Positions 27,227-36,555 of a stretch of DNA of 64,000 bases are shown one piece after another. A program made the position numbers and the translations under genes. The stretch is taken from positions 8,782 to 72,781 of the forward strand of contig JBAZKC010000004.1 in assembly GCA_041651035.1 (NCBI GenBank). Reading direction: 5' to 3'. Under the pieces are notes generated by a model. The model was not told the origin of the DNA. It saw nothing but the letters and a program-made list of their open reading frames with translations, and made no database searches. This stretch comes from Candidatus Omnitrophota bacterium. Its GTDB lineage: Bacteria > Omnitrophota > Gorgyraeia > Gygaellales > Profunditerraquicolaceae. How positions within the stretch are numbered: the stretch's first letter is position 1; each line of letters begins with the position of its first letter.

Positions 27227-27946
27227 TTAAAGCAGATAATCCTCTTTTATTCTTTTGACGCTCCTGAATATGTTGGTTTTTACATCGGGACAGACTTTCT
27301 CCAACTCCCTGATTATTCCTCTCATCTGAGCGCGCTTGGAAGTAATGGAATTCGGGCAAGAGCATTTATGATGCGGGAACTGCAAAGTTTTGGCGAATTT
27401 CACGATAAGAGATTCTTCTACATAAGCAAGCGGCCGGATAATAGTGATCTTGCCGTCAAATAATTCCTGCTTAGGGCACATAGTTGATATTTCTCCCTGG
27501 AAGAAAAGGTTAAGCAGGGTGGTTTGTATAATATCATCCCGATGATGGCCTAAGGCTACTTTAGTGCACCCAAAACGGTCAGCTGTTTGAAAGAGCGCCT
27601 TTCTACGGTTCCAAGAGCACCAGAAACAGGAAATATCCTTGCGCGATTTACCCTTTAATATATCTATCTTCTCAATGTGGTAATTTACGCCGATTTTCTT
27701 AAAATATTCGCTTAATATCTTGGGATCATGGCAAGGGTATCCCATATCCACATGCACTGCCAGAAGCTCATATTTTACCGGCACAAATTTCCTGCGGTCA
27801 TTAAGGACATGCAACAGCGTAAGGCTGTCCTTCCCGCCGGATACAGCAACCGCGATCTTGTCGCCCTCGGAAAGCATCTTATAATCGATCATCGCTTTCC
27901 CTACGCGTTTTGAAATATAAAATTCAGGTCCCTGTAAAACTGGCAT
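27227..27946 (-). CDS. ttcA: PP-loop ATPase, tRNA 2-thiocytidine synthetase TtcA-like
   Basis: 239 aa. VAVSGGKDSLTLLHVL (PP-loop), ALGHHRDDIIQTTLLNLFF, and CxxC / CxC clusters (CFWCSW, CSCPNS). Confidence 0.65.
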   Translation of the reverse strand: MPVLQGPEFYISKRVGKAMIDYKMLSEGDKIAVAVSGGKDSLTLLHVLNDRRKFVPVKYELLAVHVDMGYPCHDPKILSEYFKKIGVNYHIEKIDILKGKSRKDISCFWCSWNRRKALFQTADRFGCTKVALGHHRDDIIQTTLLNLFFQGEISTMCPKQELFDGKITIIRPLAYVEESLIVKFAKTLQFPHHKCSCPNSITSKRAQMRGIIRELEKVCPDVKTNIFRSVKRIKEDYLL

Positions 27947-27967
27947 ATATCTCCTTATTACACATTA

Positions 27968-28027
27968 GGGGACAGTTCTCCGATTAGATCGAGAAACGTC
28001 CCCCGATTGGGTGAAGAAACGTCCCTA
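27968..28027 (-). repeat. Structured repeat, family B, copy 1 (abuts and supplies the TAG stop of malQ)
   Basis: Minus-strand read: TAGGGACGTTTCTTCACCCAATCGGGGGACGTTTCTCGATCTAATCGGAGAACTGTCCCC. The first 21 nt and last 8 nt are identical to 55798-55857. Contains a tandem GGGACGTTTCT and an imperfect ~13-bp hairpin. Confidence 0.8.
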
Positions 28028-29905
28028 AATTCTGCCGGAAAAGATGATCATATTCCGGATCTCTTTATTCACTTTATGTTTTAACAGGTCTTCAAGGGAA
28101 AGCGGGATAGCAAGCGACCAGTTTTTGTCACTGATCGTACCGGGTGTATTGATCCTGTATTGATAGGGATCTCCTTTGAAAATATTGGCCATATACAACC
28201 AATCAATTATGGTATTTACGCAAAATAACGCGCTTGAATTTAATACTATCTCTAGCGCCCGGCGCGTGATCTTTGGGTCGCATTTCTCGCGCATAGGCCC
28301 GCTTAACTTCATATGTTTCCAAAGCCTCTCTTTTTCCTGAAAAGTATTTTCATACAGATCAATAAAATCCAATAGGTGCTCTTTAGGGACAGGTCCCCTG
28401 CCTGCCGGCAGGCAGGCCTGCGGGGACAGTCCCTGACTTAAGATAGCTACCAGCTTATCTATTGAATTAACGCTATTTAACCAGCGCAGCCTGCCGTGCT
28501 TAGAATGGCCTAAGTCAAATAGTTTATCCTTTATATGATCAAAGTTTATCTGGCGGTTATCGCCGCATTTTCTGATGAATAGATCCTCATCAACAGTCCC
28601 CGCTTCATTTTCCCACCACGCCGGCCAGTTAGTGGTATCGTGCGTAGATAACATTGCCACAGAAAAGGCGCGGTATTTTTCAGGCCCAAGAAAATCGTGT
28701 TCCGATCTCCAATCCTTTACCCAGCGCTGGACATCATTACCGAGGATACCTAATTCTTTTAAGGTATCGGGGCAGGCTTTTGGTATCACTCCTAAGTCTT
28801 CAGCGCATAAAAGCATATTTGTATTATTAAGTATAACATTTAATAACTTCCTCCCATGCCCCGCCCATTCTCTTTCATCCCCAGGATCAAAACTCCCGTT
28901 TAAACCTTTGTTCTCCAGCGGCTCACTATAAGGTATGCTCCAGATACGGAATAACCCTACTACATGGTCTATCCTTAATATGTCATAGAAGTTTTGCGCG
29001 TATTTAAGCTTCTCCTTTAAATACCTAAAATCCTCGGCTTCAATACGCCCCCAATCATAAGTCGGCATACCCCAGCGCTGCCCTTTAGCGCAATACATAT
29101 CCGGAGGAGCGCCTGAGGCATAATCCAGTTTAAAAAACTCCGGATGCGCCCAGACATCCACGCTATCCCTGGATACGAAAATAGGCAGATCCCCCTTAAG
29201 CAGGATTTTCTTTGCTAAGGCATATTCTCTGGCTGACTTAAACTGCAAGTAAAGCTGCCACTGAACCCACATCTGGAATAATACCTCTGCTTCGTTCTCT
29301 GTGTAAAATACCTCCAGCGCCGCCTGGTCGCGGACTTTAAATTTTGTTTCCCAATCATACCAGGCGTTCCCTTTATGATATTCCTTAAGGGCCCGGTAAA
29401 GCGCGAAATCCTTAAGCCAGTATGCGTTCTGTTCCCTGAATTCCTTAAATTCCCATGATCCGCCATGGCCCCGGTAAGAATAGGTTTCCCGGAGCAGTTG
29501 TATTTTTTCTTTCTTTATGGCGTAATCCAGGTGCCCTTTACCGGCGGGAAAATGCCGCTTTAGATCTTTTATCTTAACCTGGATAGTTCTATCACTGACT
29601 GCGGCGGGGATATCCTCAAAAGAAATATAGGCAGGTTCTAAAGCAAAAGAGCTTATGGAATCATACGGGCAAAATAACGAGCCTGTTTCATTTAACGGCA
29701 AGAGCTGGATTATAGAATTTCCGGTTACAGCAGCCCAATCTATTAAAAGTTTCAGATCCGCCAGATCCCCTATTCCTATGCTTTTTTTTGAATAGACGGA
29801 AAATAAAGGGGCTAATACCCCTGCCCTCTTAAACGTGCCGGCCCTCTCCCATTTATCCCGGGAAGGAGTGTTTAACAGGGATCCGTTAAGGTTTAATTCA
29901 GGCAT
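28025..29905 (-). CDS. malQ: 4-alpha-glucanotransferase (amylomaltase, GH77)
   Basis: 626 aa. N-terminus ...RAGVLAPLFSVYSKKSIGIGDLADLKLLIDWAAVTGNSIIQLLPLNETG...PYDSISSFALEPAYISFEDIP matches the GH77 signature. Confidence 0.85.
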   Translation of the reverse strand: MPELNLNGSLLNTPSRDKWERAGTFKRAGVLAPLFSVYSKKSIGIGDLADLKLLIDWAAVTGNSIIQLLPLNETGSLFCPYDSISSFALEPAYISFEDIPAAVSDRTIQVKIKDLKRHFPAGKGHLDYAIKKEKIQLLRETYSYRGHGGSWEFKEFREQNAYWLKDFALYRALKEYHKGNAWYDWETKFKVRDQAALEVFYTENEAEVLFQMWVQWQLYLQFKSAREYALAKKILLKGDLPIFVSRDSVDVWAHPEFFKLDYASGAPPDMYCAKGQRWGMPTYDWGRIEAEDFRYLKEKLKYAQNFYDILRIDHVVGLFRIWSIPYSEPLENKGLNGSFDPGDEREWAGHGRKLLNVILNNTNMLLCAEDLGVIPKACPDTLKELGILGNDVQRWVKDWRSEHDFLGPEKYRAFSVAMLSTHDTTNWPAWWENEAGTVDEDLFIRKCGDNRQINFDHIKDKLFDLGHSKHGRLRWLNSVNSIDKLVAILSQGLSPQACLPAGRGPVPKEHLLDFIDLYENTFQEKERLWKHMKLSGPMREKCDPKITRRALEIVLNSSALFCVNTIIDWLYMANIFKGDPYQYRINTPGTISDKNWSLAIPLSLEDLLKHKVNKEIRNMIIFSGRI

Positions 29906-29924
29906 GGCTTTCTTGTTTATTCAG

Positions 29925-30734
29925 CTATCTGATGAAAAACAGGCTGATTATTTTATCCGCCCAGAACAGGGACAGAAGCGCGGCCAGAGACAAAAACGGG
30001 CCGTAAGGTATGGTATGGTCTTTCTTTACCAAAAGGTTTATTACGCCGATAACCACTCCAAAGAGCGGGGCCAGGAAAAAAGTCAGTAATACTTTTTGCC
30101 AGCCTAAGAACGCGCCGATCATGGCTAATAACTTTATGTCTCCTCCACCCATAGACTCGGTTTCCCCCTGGATGGGCGGTTTTTTAAGGAATTTAAAATA
30201 TACCAGATCAAACATGCGGCCGGTAAGATAAATGACCCCTCCCCCGACAATAATACCTAATAAAGAATTAATTAGAGGCCCAAAGTTATAGGTTAAAGGT
30301 TTAAGGCTAAAACCTTTAGTCGCGCTTAATATAAAACCGATAATAATACCGCCTACGGAGATTTCATCAGGTATAATGCGGTGCCGGATATCCACAAATG
30401 TGGCCACCATAAGCCCGCAGACCAAAACCATATAAAAAAAGAACTCGTAGCTTAATTTATAGTGATTAAACAGCGCCACAAATATTACTGCCGTTAATAA
30501 TTCTACCAGCGGATAGCGCAAAGAGATCCTCTGTTTACAGAACCGGCATTTACCCCTTAAAGCCAGGTAACTTAAGAACGGTATATTATCATAAGCCGGG
30601 ATCCTTTTATCGCATTTAGGGCAATGTGAGCTCGGCCAGACTACAGATTCTCCCAGGGGCATCCTGTGTATGCAGACATTAAGAAAACTGCCGATCATGG
30701 AACCGAAAATAAAAACCAATGCCTTCGCTATCAT
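29925..30734 (-). CDS. pilD: Prepilin peptidase (A24 family) with N-terminal Zn-binding CxxC...CxxC
   Basis: 269 aa. CPKCDKRIPAYDNIPFLSYLALRGKCRFCKQRIS, then a polytopic peptidase domain with the conserved Asp residues. Confidence 0.85.
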   Translation of the reverse strand: MIAKALVFIFGSMIGSFLNVCIHRMPLGESVVWPSSHCPKCDKRIPAYDNIPFLSYLALRGKCRFCKQRISLRYPLVELLTAVIFVALFNHYKLSYEFFFYMVLVCGLMVATFVDIRHRIIPDEISVGGIIIGFILSATKGFSLKPLTYNFGPLINSLLGIIVGGGVIYLTGRMFDLVYFKFLKKPPIQGETESMGGGDIKLLAMIGAFLGWQKVLLTFFLAPLFGVVIGVINLLVKKDHTIPYGPFLSLAALLSLFWADKIISLFFIR

Positions 30735-30737
30735 AGC

Positions 30738-31583
30738 CTATTCTACTCCTTCCTTTAAAGCCTGCCTCATTATTTCTATAGGCGCGGGTATGCCTGTAAA
30801 ATGCCCAAAAGACAGGACTCCTTGATACAAAAGCATCCCCAGCCCATTGGAAACTCCGGCGCCTTTGGCTTTTGCCATTTCCAGCAGTTTTGTCTCTTTA
30901 GGATTATAAATTAGATCATAAACAAAAAGATCCTTATGTATCGCCTTCTCTTTAACCAAACAGGGATCATCCGCATGCATGCCCACAGGCGAGGCATTAA
31001 CCAGCAGATCCTTATCGGACAGATTAAGCTCCTCGATCCTGGCTACAGCCGAAAACTTAGTTTGATCAAATACATCTTTAAATTGGCTGACTATTCCTAA
31101 ACTTTTATAAGCATCTATATCATAAATACAGATTTCTTTTACTTTGCTTCTCCAGGCTAAGGCAAAACATACTGCCCTGGCCGCGCCGCCTGCCCCGATT
31201 AATGCGGCTTTCCTAGGTTTAACTTTTAATTCTTTTAAATGCTTACTGAAGCCGGCAAAATCGGTATTAAATCCTTTCAGCCTGCCATCGCGCCCGACAA
31301 CAACAGTGTTAACCGCGCCGATCTCACGCACCCCCCGAGACTTAACACCCAAATTCAGATATGGCAATATTTTTTCTTTATAAGGTATCGTAACATTAAA
31401 ACCGCGGATATTCCTTTTCTTTATACCGCCCAGGAAGTTTTCCAATTGACCGGGCTGCAATTCAAATAATTCATATTTAGCTTTTATTTTTAACGCGGAA
31501 AACGCGGCATTGTGCATACGGGGAGACAGGCTGTGTTTGACAGGAAAACCTACTAAACCGTAGAGTTGCGGTTTTAAGGTCAT
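30738..31583 (-). CDS. aroE: Shikimate dehydrogenase
   Basis: 281 aa. N-terminus LYGLVGFPVKHSLSPRMHNAAF... and NAD(P) site GAGGAARAV. Confidence 0.88.
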   Translation of the reverse strand: MTLKPQLYGLVGFPVKHSLSPRMHNAAFSALKIKAKYELFELQPGQLENFLGGIKKRNIRGFNVTIPYKEKILPYLNLGVKSRGVREIGAVNTVVVGRDGRLKGFNTDFAGFSKHLKELKVKPRKAALIGAGGAARAVCFALAWRSKVKEICIYDIDAYKSLGIVSQFKDVFDQTKFSAVARIEELNLSDKDLLVNASPVGMHADDPCLVKEKAIHKDLFVYDLIYNPKETKLLEMAKAKGAGVSNGLGMLLYQGVLSFGHFTGIPAPIEIMRQALKEGVE

Positions 31584-33088
31584 TTACTCTCTAATTTATT
31601 AACGGCATCAATGTATGCTTTGACTGCCGCTTCAATGATATCCGTGCTTGAGCCGCGGCCGCTGACAATTGAACCAGAAACCTTTAACTTAAGGCTCACC
31701 TGGCCCAAAGCATCCTTGCCGGAGGTAACTGCTTCCAGGCGAAAATCTTCCAGTTTTGCCTTAAGATTAGTAATTTTATCCAGGGCTTTAAAACAGGCAT
31801 CTACCGGGCCATCACCAGTTGACTCTCCGGTTGGTAAAAGCTTGGCCTTCTTACTCAAGATAACTATGGCATGCGGCTTATTCATTGTGCCTGAGGTAAC
31901 TTCAAAACTATCTAATTTCCAAACGGGTTTTTCTACCCTGATCTCATCCTGCACGATAGTCCTTAAATCGTCGTCATAAATATCTTTCTTTTTATCCGCC
32001 ACATCCTTAAAACGCGTAAAAGCCTGGTTGAGCTGTTTTTCATTTAACTTAAAACCCATATTCTTGATCCTGTCGCCAAAAGCGTGCCTTCCGGAATGTT
32101 TACCCAGGACCAGTTGGCTGCTGGATATGCCTACTTCATGTGGATCCATTATTTCATAGGTACTGCGTTTCTTAAGTATGGCATCCTGGTGTATCCCGGA
32201 TTCATGACGGAAAGCATTGCTGCCTACAATCGCCTTATTAGGAGGAACCGCAAAGTCCGTAAGATTGCTTACCAGGCGCGATGTCCGGTAAATTTCTTTA
32301 GTATTTATTTGAGTATAGTAATCCCCAAACACATCCTTACGTGTTTTTAACGCCATGACAATTTCTTCGAGAGAAGCGTTACCCGCGCGCTCGCCTATTC
32401 CGTTAACCGTGCAATGCACCTGCCGGGCTCCTGCTAATATGGCGGAAAGTGAGTTAGCGGTAGAAAGGCCTAAATCATCGTGGCAGTGGATAGCGATCGT
32501 TGCATTATTAATATTAGGGACATTGTTACGGATATCCGTAATCAATGAATAAATCTCCTGGGGATAGCTGTAACCAACAGTATCCGGGATATTGATTGTA
32601 CTGGCTCCTTCGTCAATCACCGCTTCAATCACCCGGTAAATAAAGTCTCTTTCGGAGCGCGTGGCATCTTCAGGAGAAAATTCTATATCCGCGCAAAGCC
32701 TGCGCGCCAGGCGAGTAGCATCTTTAGCGATTTTAAGAATCTCATCCTCTGCTTTTCTAAATTTATATTGTAGGTGTATTTTAGATGTGGCCAGAAAGAT
32801 GTGGACACGCGGATGCTTTGCCGGCTTGACTGCCTTTGCCGCAAGCTTAATATCCAAGGGTATGCAACGGGCCAACGCGCAAATAGCGCTCTTCTTGATC
32901 TTTTTAGATATCTGGTTAACCGCCTGGAAATCTCCGGGTGAAGCAACCGGAAAACCCGCCTCGATCACATCCACCCCCAGCTTTTCCAGCTGAAAAGCGA
33001 TCTCCAGTTTCTGCTGCGGATTTAAAGAGGCTCCCGGAGCCTGCTCCCCATCCCTTAAAGTTGTATCAAATATGATAATTTTTTCCAT
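31580..33088 (-). CDS. leuA: 2-isopropylmalate synthase (LeuA/CimA family, with C-terminal regulatory domain)
   Basis: 502 aa. [14 protein letters not shown]..., [14 protein letters not shown]..., and a LeuA-dimerisation C-domain. Could alternatively be a citramalate synthase. Confidence 0.8.
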   Translation of the reverse strand: MEKIIIFDTTLRDGEQAPGASLNPQQKLEIAFQLEKLGVDVIEAGFPVASPGDFQAVNQISKKIKKSAICALARCIPLDIKLAAKAVKPAKHPRVHIFLATSKIHLQYKFRKAEDEILKIAKDATRLARRLCADIEFSPEDATRSERDFIYRVIEAVIDEGASTINIPDTVGYSYPQEIYSLITDIRNNVPNINNATIAIHCHDDLGLSTANSLSAILAGARQVHCTVNGIGERAGNASLEEIVMALKTRKDVFGDYYTQINTKEIYRTSRLVSNLTDFAVPPNKAIVGSNAFRHESGIHQDAILKKRSTYEIMDPHEVGISSSQLVLGKHSGRHAFGDRIKNMGFKLNEKQLNQAFTRFKDVADKKKDIYDDDLRTIVQDEIRVEKPVWKLDSFEVTSGTMNKPHAIVILSKKAKLLPTGESTGDGPVDACFKALDKITNLKAKLEDFRLEAVTSGKDALGQVSLKLKVSGSIVSGRGSSTDIIEAAVKAYIDAVNKLESK

Positions 33089-33104
33089 AGTTGTTTGGGC
33101 GAAT

Positions 33105-34100
33105 TTATGCTTTTTTCATCCACGGCATCATTTCTCTTAACTGTTTCCCCACCTTCTCAATTAAATGATTGTCTCCTTCGGATATCAGCTTATTGAAATT
33201 CGGCCTGCCGTTTTCATTCTCTTTGATCCACTCACGGGCGAATTTCCCGGACTTTATTTCCTTAAGTATTTTCTTCATTTCTTTGCGTGTTTTTTGCGTA
33301 ATGATCCTGGGGCCGCGGCTTAAATCACCATAACAGGCAGTATTGGAGACTCCTCTGCGCATCCCGGAAATACCGCGCTCCTGGATAAGATCAGTGATAA
33401 GCTTTAACTCATGCAAAACCTCAAAATAGGCGATCTCCGGCTGATAACCGGCTTCAATCAAAGTATCAAAACCAGCCTTGATCAATTCGGAAACCCCGCC
33501 GCAAAGCACTGCCTGTTCGCCAAAAAGATCAGTCTCTGTCTCTTCGTCAAAAGTAGTTTCAATTACGCCGGCGGTAGTAGCCTTAATTGCCTTGGCATAA
33601 GCCAGGGCTAAAGCCTTGGCCTGTCCAGTCGCATCCTGATAAATAGCGATCAGTGAGGGTACGCCTTTACCCTCCTCATACATTTTTCTCACCAACGCGC
33701 CCGGGCCTTTGGGGGCGACCATAAACACATCCACGTTCTTGGGCGGTTTTATCTGTTTAAAACGGATATTAAACCCGTGCGAAAAACAAAGCGCTTTGCC
33801 CTTTTTTAAGTTCGGCTTTATTGATTCCTGGTAAACTTTTGCCTGCGCATGATCCTGGGTAAGGATCTGAATGATATCGGCCTGTTTTGCCGCTTCAGCA
33901 GCGGAAACCGGCTCAAACCCGTCCTTCTTGGCCAGATCATAATTTGCTGTCCCGGGCATTTCAGAGACGATCACCTTGCATCCGGAATCACGCAGGCATA
34001 ATGACTGGCCGCGGCCCTGGATACCGTAACCGATAATCGCGATTGTCTTGTCTTTTATAAGGTTTAAATCCGCGTCCTGATCATAATAGATCTTTGCCAT
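33105..34100 (-). CDS. ilvC: Ketol-acid reductoisomerase
   Basis: Start at ATG 34100 ([11 protein letters not shown]..., AAGGGGGGAA RBS). [21 protein letters not shown] Rossmann segment; KARI C-domain. Confidence 0.9.
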   Translation of the reverse strand: MAKIYYDQDADLNLIKDKTIAIIGYGIQGRGQSLCLRDSGCKVIVSEMPGTANYDLAKKDGFEPVSAAEAAKQADIIQILTQDHAQAKVYQESIKPNLKKGKALCFSHGFNIRFKQIKPPKNVDVFMVAPKGPGALVRKMYEEGKGVPSLIAIYQDATGQAKALALAYAKAIKATTAGVIETTFDEETETDLFGEQAVLCGGVSELIKAGFDTLIEAGYQPEIAYFEVLHELKLITDLIQERGISGMRRGVSNTACYGDLSRGPRIITQKTRKEMKKILKEIKSGKFAREWIKENENGRPNFNKLISEGDNHLIEKVGKQLREMMPWMKKA

Positions 34101-34115
34101 TTCTGTTCCCCCCTT

Positions 34116-34251
34116 AATGAGCACATAACTTACGGAGGGCTCGCCGCTTTTGCGGCTTGCTCCGACGTAAGTTATTTGTGCGAATTAATCCCGCCGAATG
34201 CGCTAAAATTATGGAACAGAATTTTAGCGCTTCTTATGAGGCGGGGCACAA
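34116..34251. repeat. Structured intergenic repeat, family A, copy 2 (one CGTAAGTT-hairpin unit plus a GCGCTAAAATT hairpin)
   Basis: 34116-34139 equals 1293-1316, and 34176-34245 matches 1460-1529 almost exactly. Nested inverted repeats: CACAAATAACTTACG/CGTAAGTTATGTG enclosing CGGAG...CTCCG, and GCGCTAAAATT/AATTTTAGCGC inside CCGCC/GGCGG. Confidence 0.8.
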
Positions 34252-34725
34252 TTAGTTTGTAATTGCCAACCTGCCGGTCCTGACCAATTCCTGAATTCCA
34301 AATCCGCTCAATACTTCCAACAGTTGTTTAATCTGGGACTGGTCTCCTACCGCTTCAATAATCGCCGTATCAGCCTTATGGTAAATAATTTTGCCCACAA
34401 ACTTTCTAAAGATAGCCTCAAGTTTAGCTTTATCTTTTGAAGAATAGTTAACCTTTGCCAAAACCAGTTCGCGGTCAATATATTCTTTCTTGGTAAAATC
34501 AGTTACCGTAATCACATCAATCAATTTATTCAATTGTTTATTGATCTGTTCCAGGACCTTTTCATCTTTTGCTTCAACCACAATAGTCATATAAGAAACT
34601 TCGGGATCCAGGGTTTCGCTGACAGCTAAAGAAGCAATATTATAGCCACGGGCGCTGAATAATCCGGCTACGCGCGCTAAAACACCGAATTTGTTTTCTA
34701 CTAATACCGATATCGTATGCCTCAT
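34252..34725 (-). CDS. ilvH: Acetolactate synthase small (regulatory) subunit
   Basis: 157 aa. ACT-domain N-terminus MRHTISVLVENKFGVLARVAGLFSARGYNI. Confidence 0.9.
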   Translation of the reverse strand: MRHTISVLVENKFGVLARVAGLFSARGYNIASLAVSETLDPEVSYMTIVVEAKDEKVLEQINKQLNKLIDVITVTDFTKKEYIDRELVLAKVNYSSKDKAKLEAIFRKFVGKIIYHKADTAIIEAVGDQSQIKQLLEVLSGFGIQELVRTGRLAITN

Positions 34726-36398
34726 TATGCCAATCCCCCGAGGATATTATTAATCGCCTCACCAGCAGGCACCATCGGAAAGACATTCTCCTCCTCTTCG
34801 ATAAGAAAATCGATAAAAACCGTATTCTCCGTATCAATAGCGCGCTGCAAGGCGGATTTTACATCTTCTTTTTTGGTAACACGGATACCAACGGCGCCAT
34901 AGCTTTCTGCGAGTTTAACGAAATCCGGGCTGGTAATCGGTGTATAAGAATAGCGGCGTTTATAGAAAAGCTCCTGCCACTGCCGGACCATGCCGAGATA
35001 ACCATTGTTAAGTATGGCTACTTTCACATTAATTTTATTTTCCACACAGGTAGCCAGTTCCTGTATATTCATCTGAATGGAGCCGTCTCCGGCCACGTTG
35101 AAAACTATTTTCTCCGGAGCGCCCAATTTAGCCCCGATTGCTGCCGGAAAACCAAATCCCATTGTGCCTAAACCTCCGGAAGAAATAAAAGTCCTGGGCT
35201 TGGTATAATTATACCACTGCGCCGCCCACATCTGGTTTTGGCCCACCTCTGTGCAGATAATCGCCTCTCCTGAAGTAAGCTCATCTATCTGCTGTATAAC
35301 ATATTGAGGTAGAATCTTATCTTTATTTTTATAACACATAGGGTATTTTTTCTTCAAAGCCTCCACATGTTCAAGCCAATCGGCTATAGCCGGCTTATGC
35401 TTGATTCCCTCTAACAGTTCGGCAATTACCTGTTTGGCATCTCCAACAATAGGGATATGCACCTTTACATTTTTGCTGATTGAAGAAGGGTCAATATCTA
35501 TGTGGATCACTTTGGCGCCAGGAGCAAACATATCCAGCCTGCCGGTAACCCGGTCATCAAACCGCGCGCCTATCGCAATAATAAGATCCGCATCCATAAT
35601 ACTGTGGTTGGCATAGGCTGTCCCATGCATACCAAGCATACCCAAAGATTGCTTATGTAAAGAAGGGAATCCTCCTATGCCCATCAGTGTCCAGGTCACA
35701 GGGGCGCAGATATTTTCCGCTAACTTCAATAATTCAGCCGAGGCTCCGGAAGTGATAATACCTCCGCCCACATAAATAATCGGCTTCTTAGATTCCATAA
35801 TCAGCTTCGCCGCGCGTTTAATCTGCCCGGGGTGGCCGTCATATCTTGGATTGTAGCTCCTGAGTTTTGGCTCTTCTGGCCAGATAAATTCTGTTTGAGC
35901 CACTTGCACATCTTTAGGTAAATCAATAAGCACGGGGCCGGGACGGCCGCTTGAGGCAATATAAAAAGCCTCCCGCACGATACGCGCCAGATCTTTAATA
36001 TCTTTCACCAGATAATTGTGCTTGGTGATCGGACGGGTAATCCCGGTGATATCCGCTTCCTGAAAAGCGTCATTACCGATTAAGGAGGTCGGCACCTGTC
36101 CGGTAATAGCAACCATGGGGATAGAATCCATGAACGCGTTGGCGATCCCCGTAACCAGATTCGTCGCTCCGGGTCCGCTGGTAGCTAAACAAACTCCGAC
36201 CTTGCCTGTTACGCGGGCATAGCCGTCTGCCGCGTGAGCCGCGCCCTGTTCATGGCGGGTAAGAATGAATTTAAACCCGTCAAAATCATAGAGCGCGTCA
36301 AAAGTAGGCAGGATCTGGCCGCCGGGGTATCCAAAGACAACTTCTACCCCTTCGCGTTTTAAACATTCCAATAGTATTTGCGAACCTGTAAGATTCAT
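34725..36398 (-). CDS. ilvB: Acetolactate synthase large (catalytic) subunit
   Basis: 557 aa. TPP/FAD enzyme: ...GYPGGQILP..., GPGATNLVTG..., GDGSIQMNIQEL. Confidence 0.92.
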   Translation of the reverse strand: MNLTGSQILLECLKREGVEVVFGYPGGQILPTFDALYDFDGFKFILTRHEQGAAHAADGYARVTGKVGVCLATSGPGATNLVTGIANAFMDSIPMVAITGQVPTSLIGNDAFQEADITGITRPITKHNYLVKDIKDLARIVREAFYIASSGRPGPVLIDLPKDVQVAQTEFIWPEEPKLRSYNPRYDGHPGQIKRAAKLIMESKKPIIYVGGGIITSGASAELLKLAENICAPVTWTLMGIGGFPSLHKQSLGMLGMHGTAYANHSIMDADLIIAIGARFDDRVTGRLDMFAPGAKVIHIDIDPSSISKNVKVHIPIVGDAKQVIAELLEGIKHKPAIADWLEHVEALKKKYPMCYKNKDKILPQYVIQQIDELTSGEAIICTEVGQNQMWAAQWYNYTKPRTFISSGGLGTMGFGFPAAIGAKLGAPEKIVFNVAGDGSIQMNIQELATCVENKINVKVAILNNGYLGMVRQWQELFYKRRYSYTPITSPDFVKLAESYGAVGIRVTKKEDVKSALQRAIDTENTVFIDFLIEEEENVFPMVPAGEAINNILGGLA

Positions 36399-36439
36399 AA
36401 GAAAATAGTTGCCGAGTCTTAAAGATCGTTCTCTTTTCT

Positions 36440-36502
36440 GACCCCGACTCGTAATATATGACGAAATTCTCTACGATAATTTCGTCATACTCGTCGGGGT
36501 GA
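36440..36502 (-). promoter_or_regulatory. Imperfect long hairpin in the 5' leader of ilvB (CCCCGAC..TATGACGAAATT-loop-AATTTCGTCATA..GTCGGGG)
   Basis: Seen in the sequence, in the 157-nt ilvD-ilvB spacer. It overlaps a 17-codon uORF (MINVRRLITPTSMTKLS) that is not enriched in branched-chain amino-acid codons. No U-tract follows. Confidence 0.35.
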
Positions 36503-36555
36503 TTAATCTTCGCACGTTTATCATTTAGTTCAGATAAACTATCTCTGTGCTCAGA

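Noticed and set aside
36455-36508. Possible branched-chain amino-acid attenuator leader peptide upstream of ilvB
   Set aside because: The 17-codon uORF (MINVRRLITPTSMTKLS) has only scattered Ile/Leu/Val codons and the hairpin has no U-tract. It is kept only as a low-confidence structured leader.
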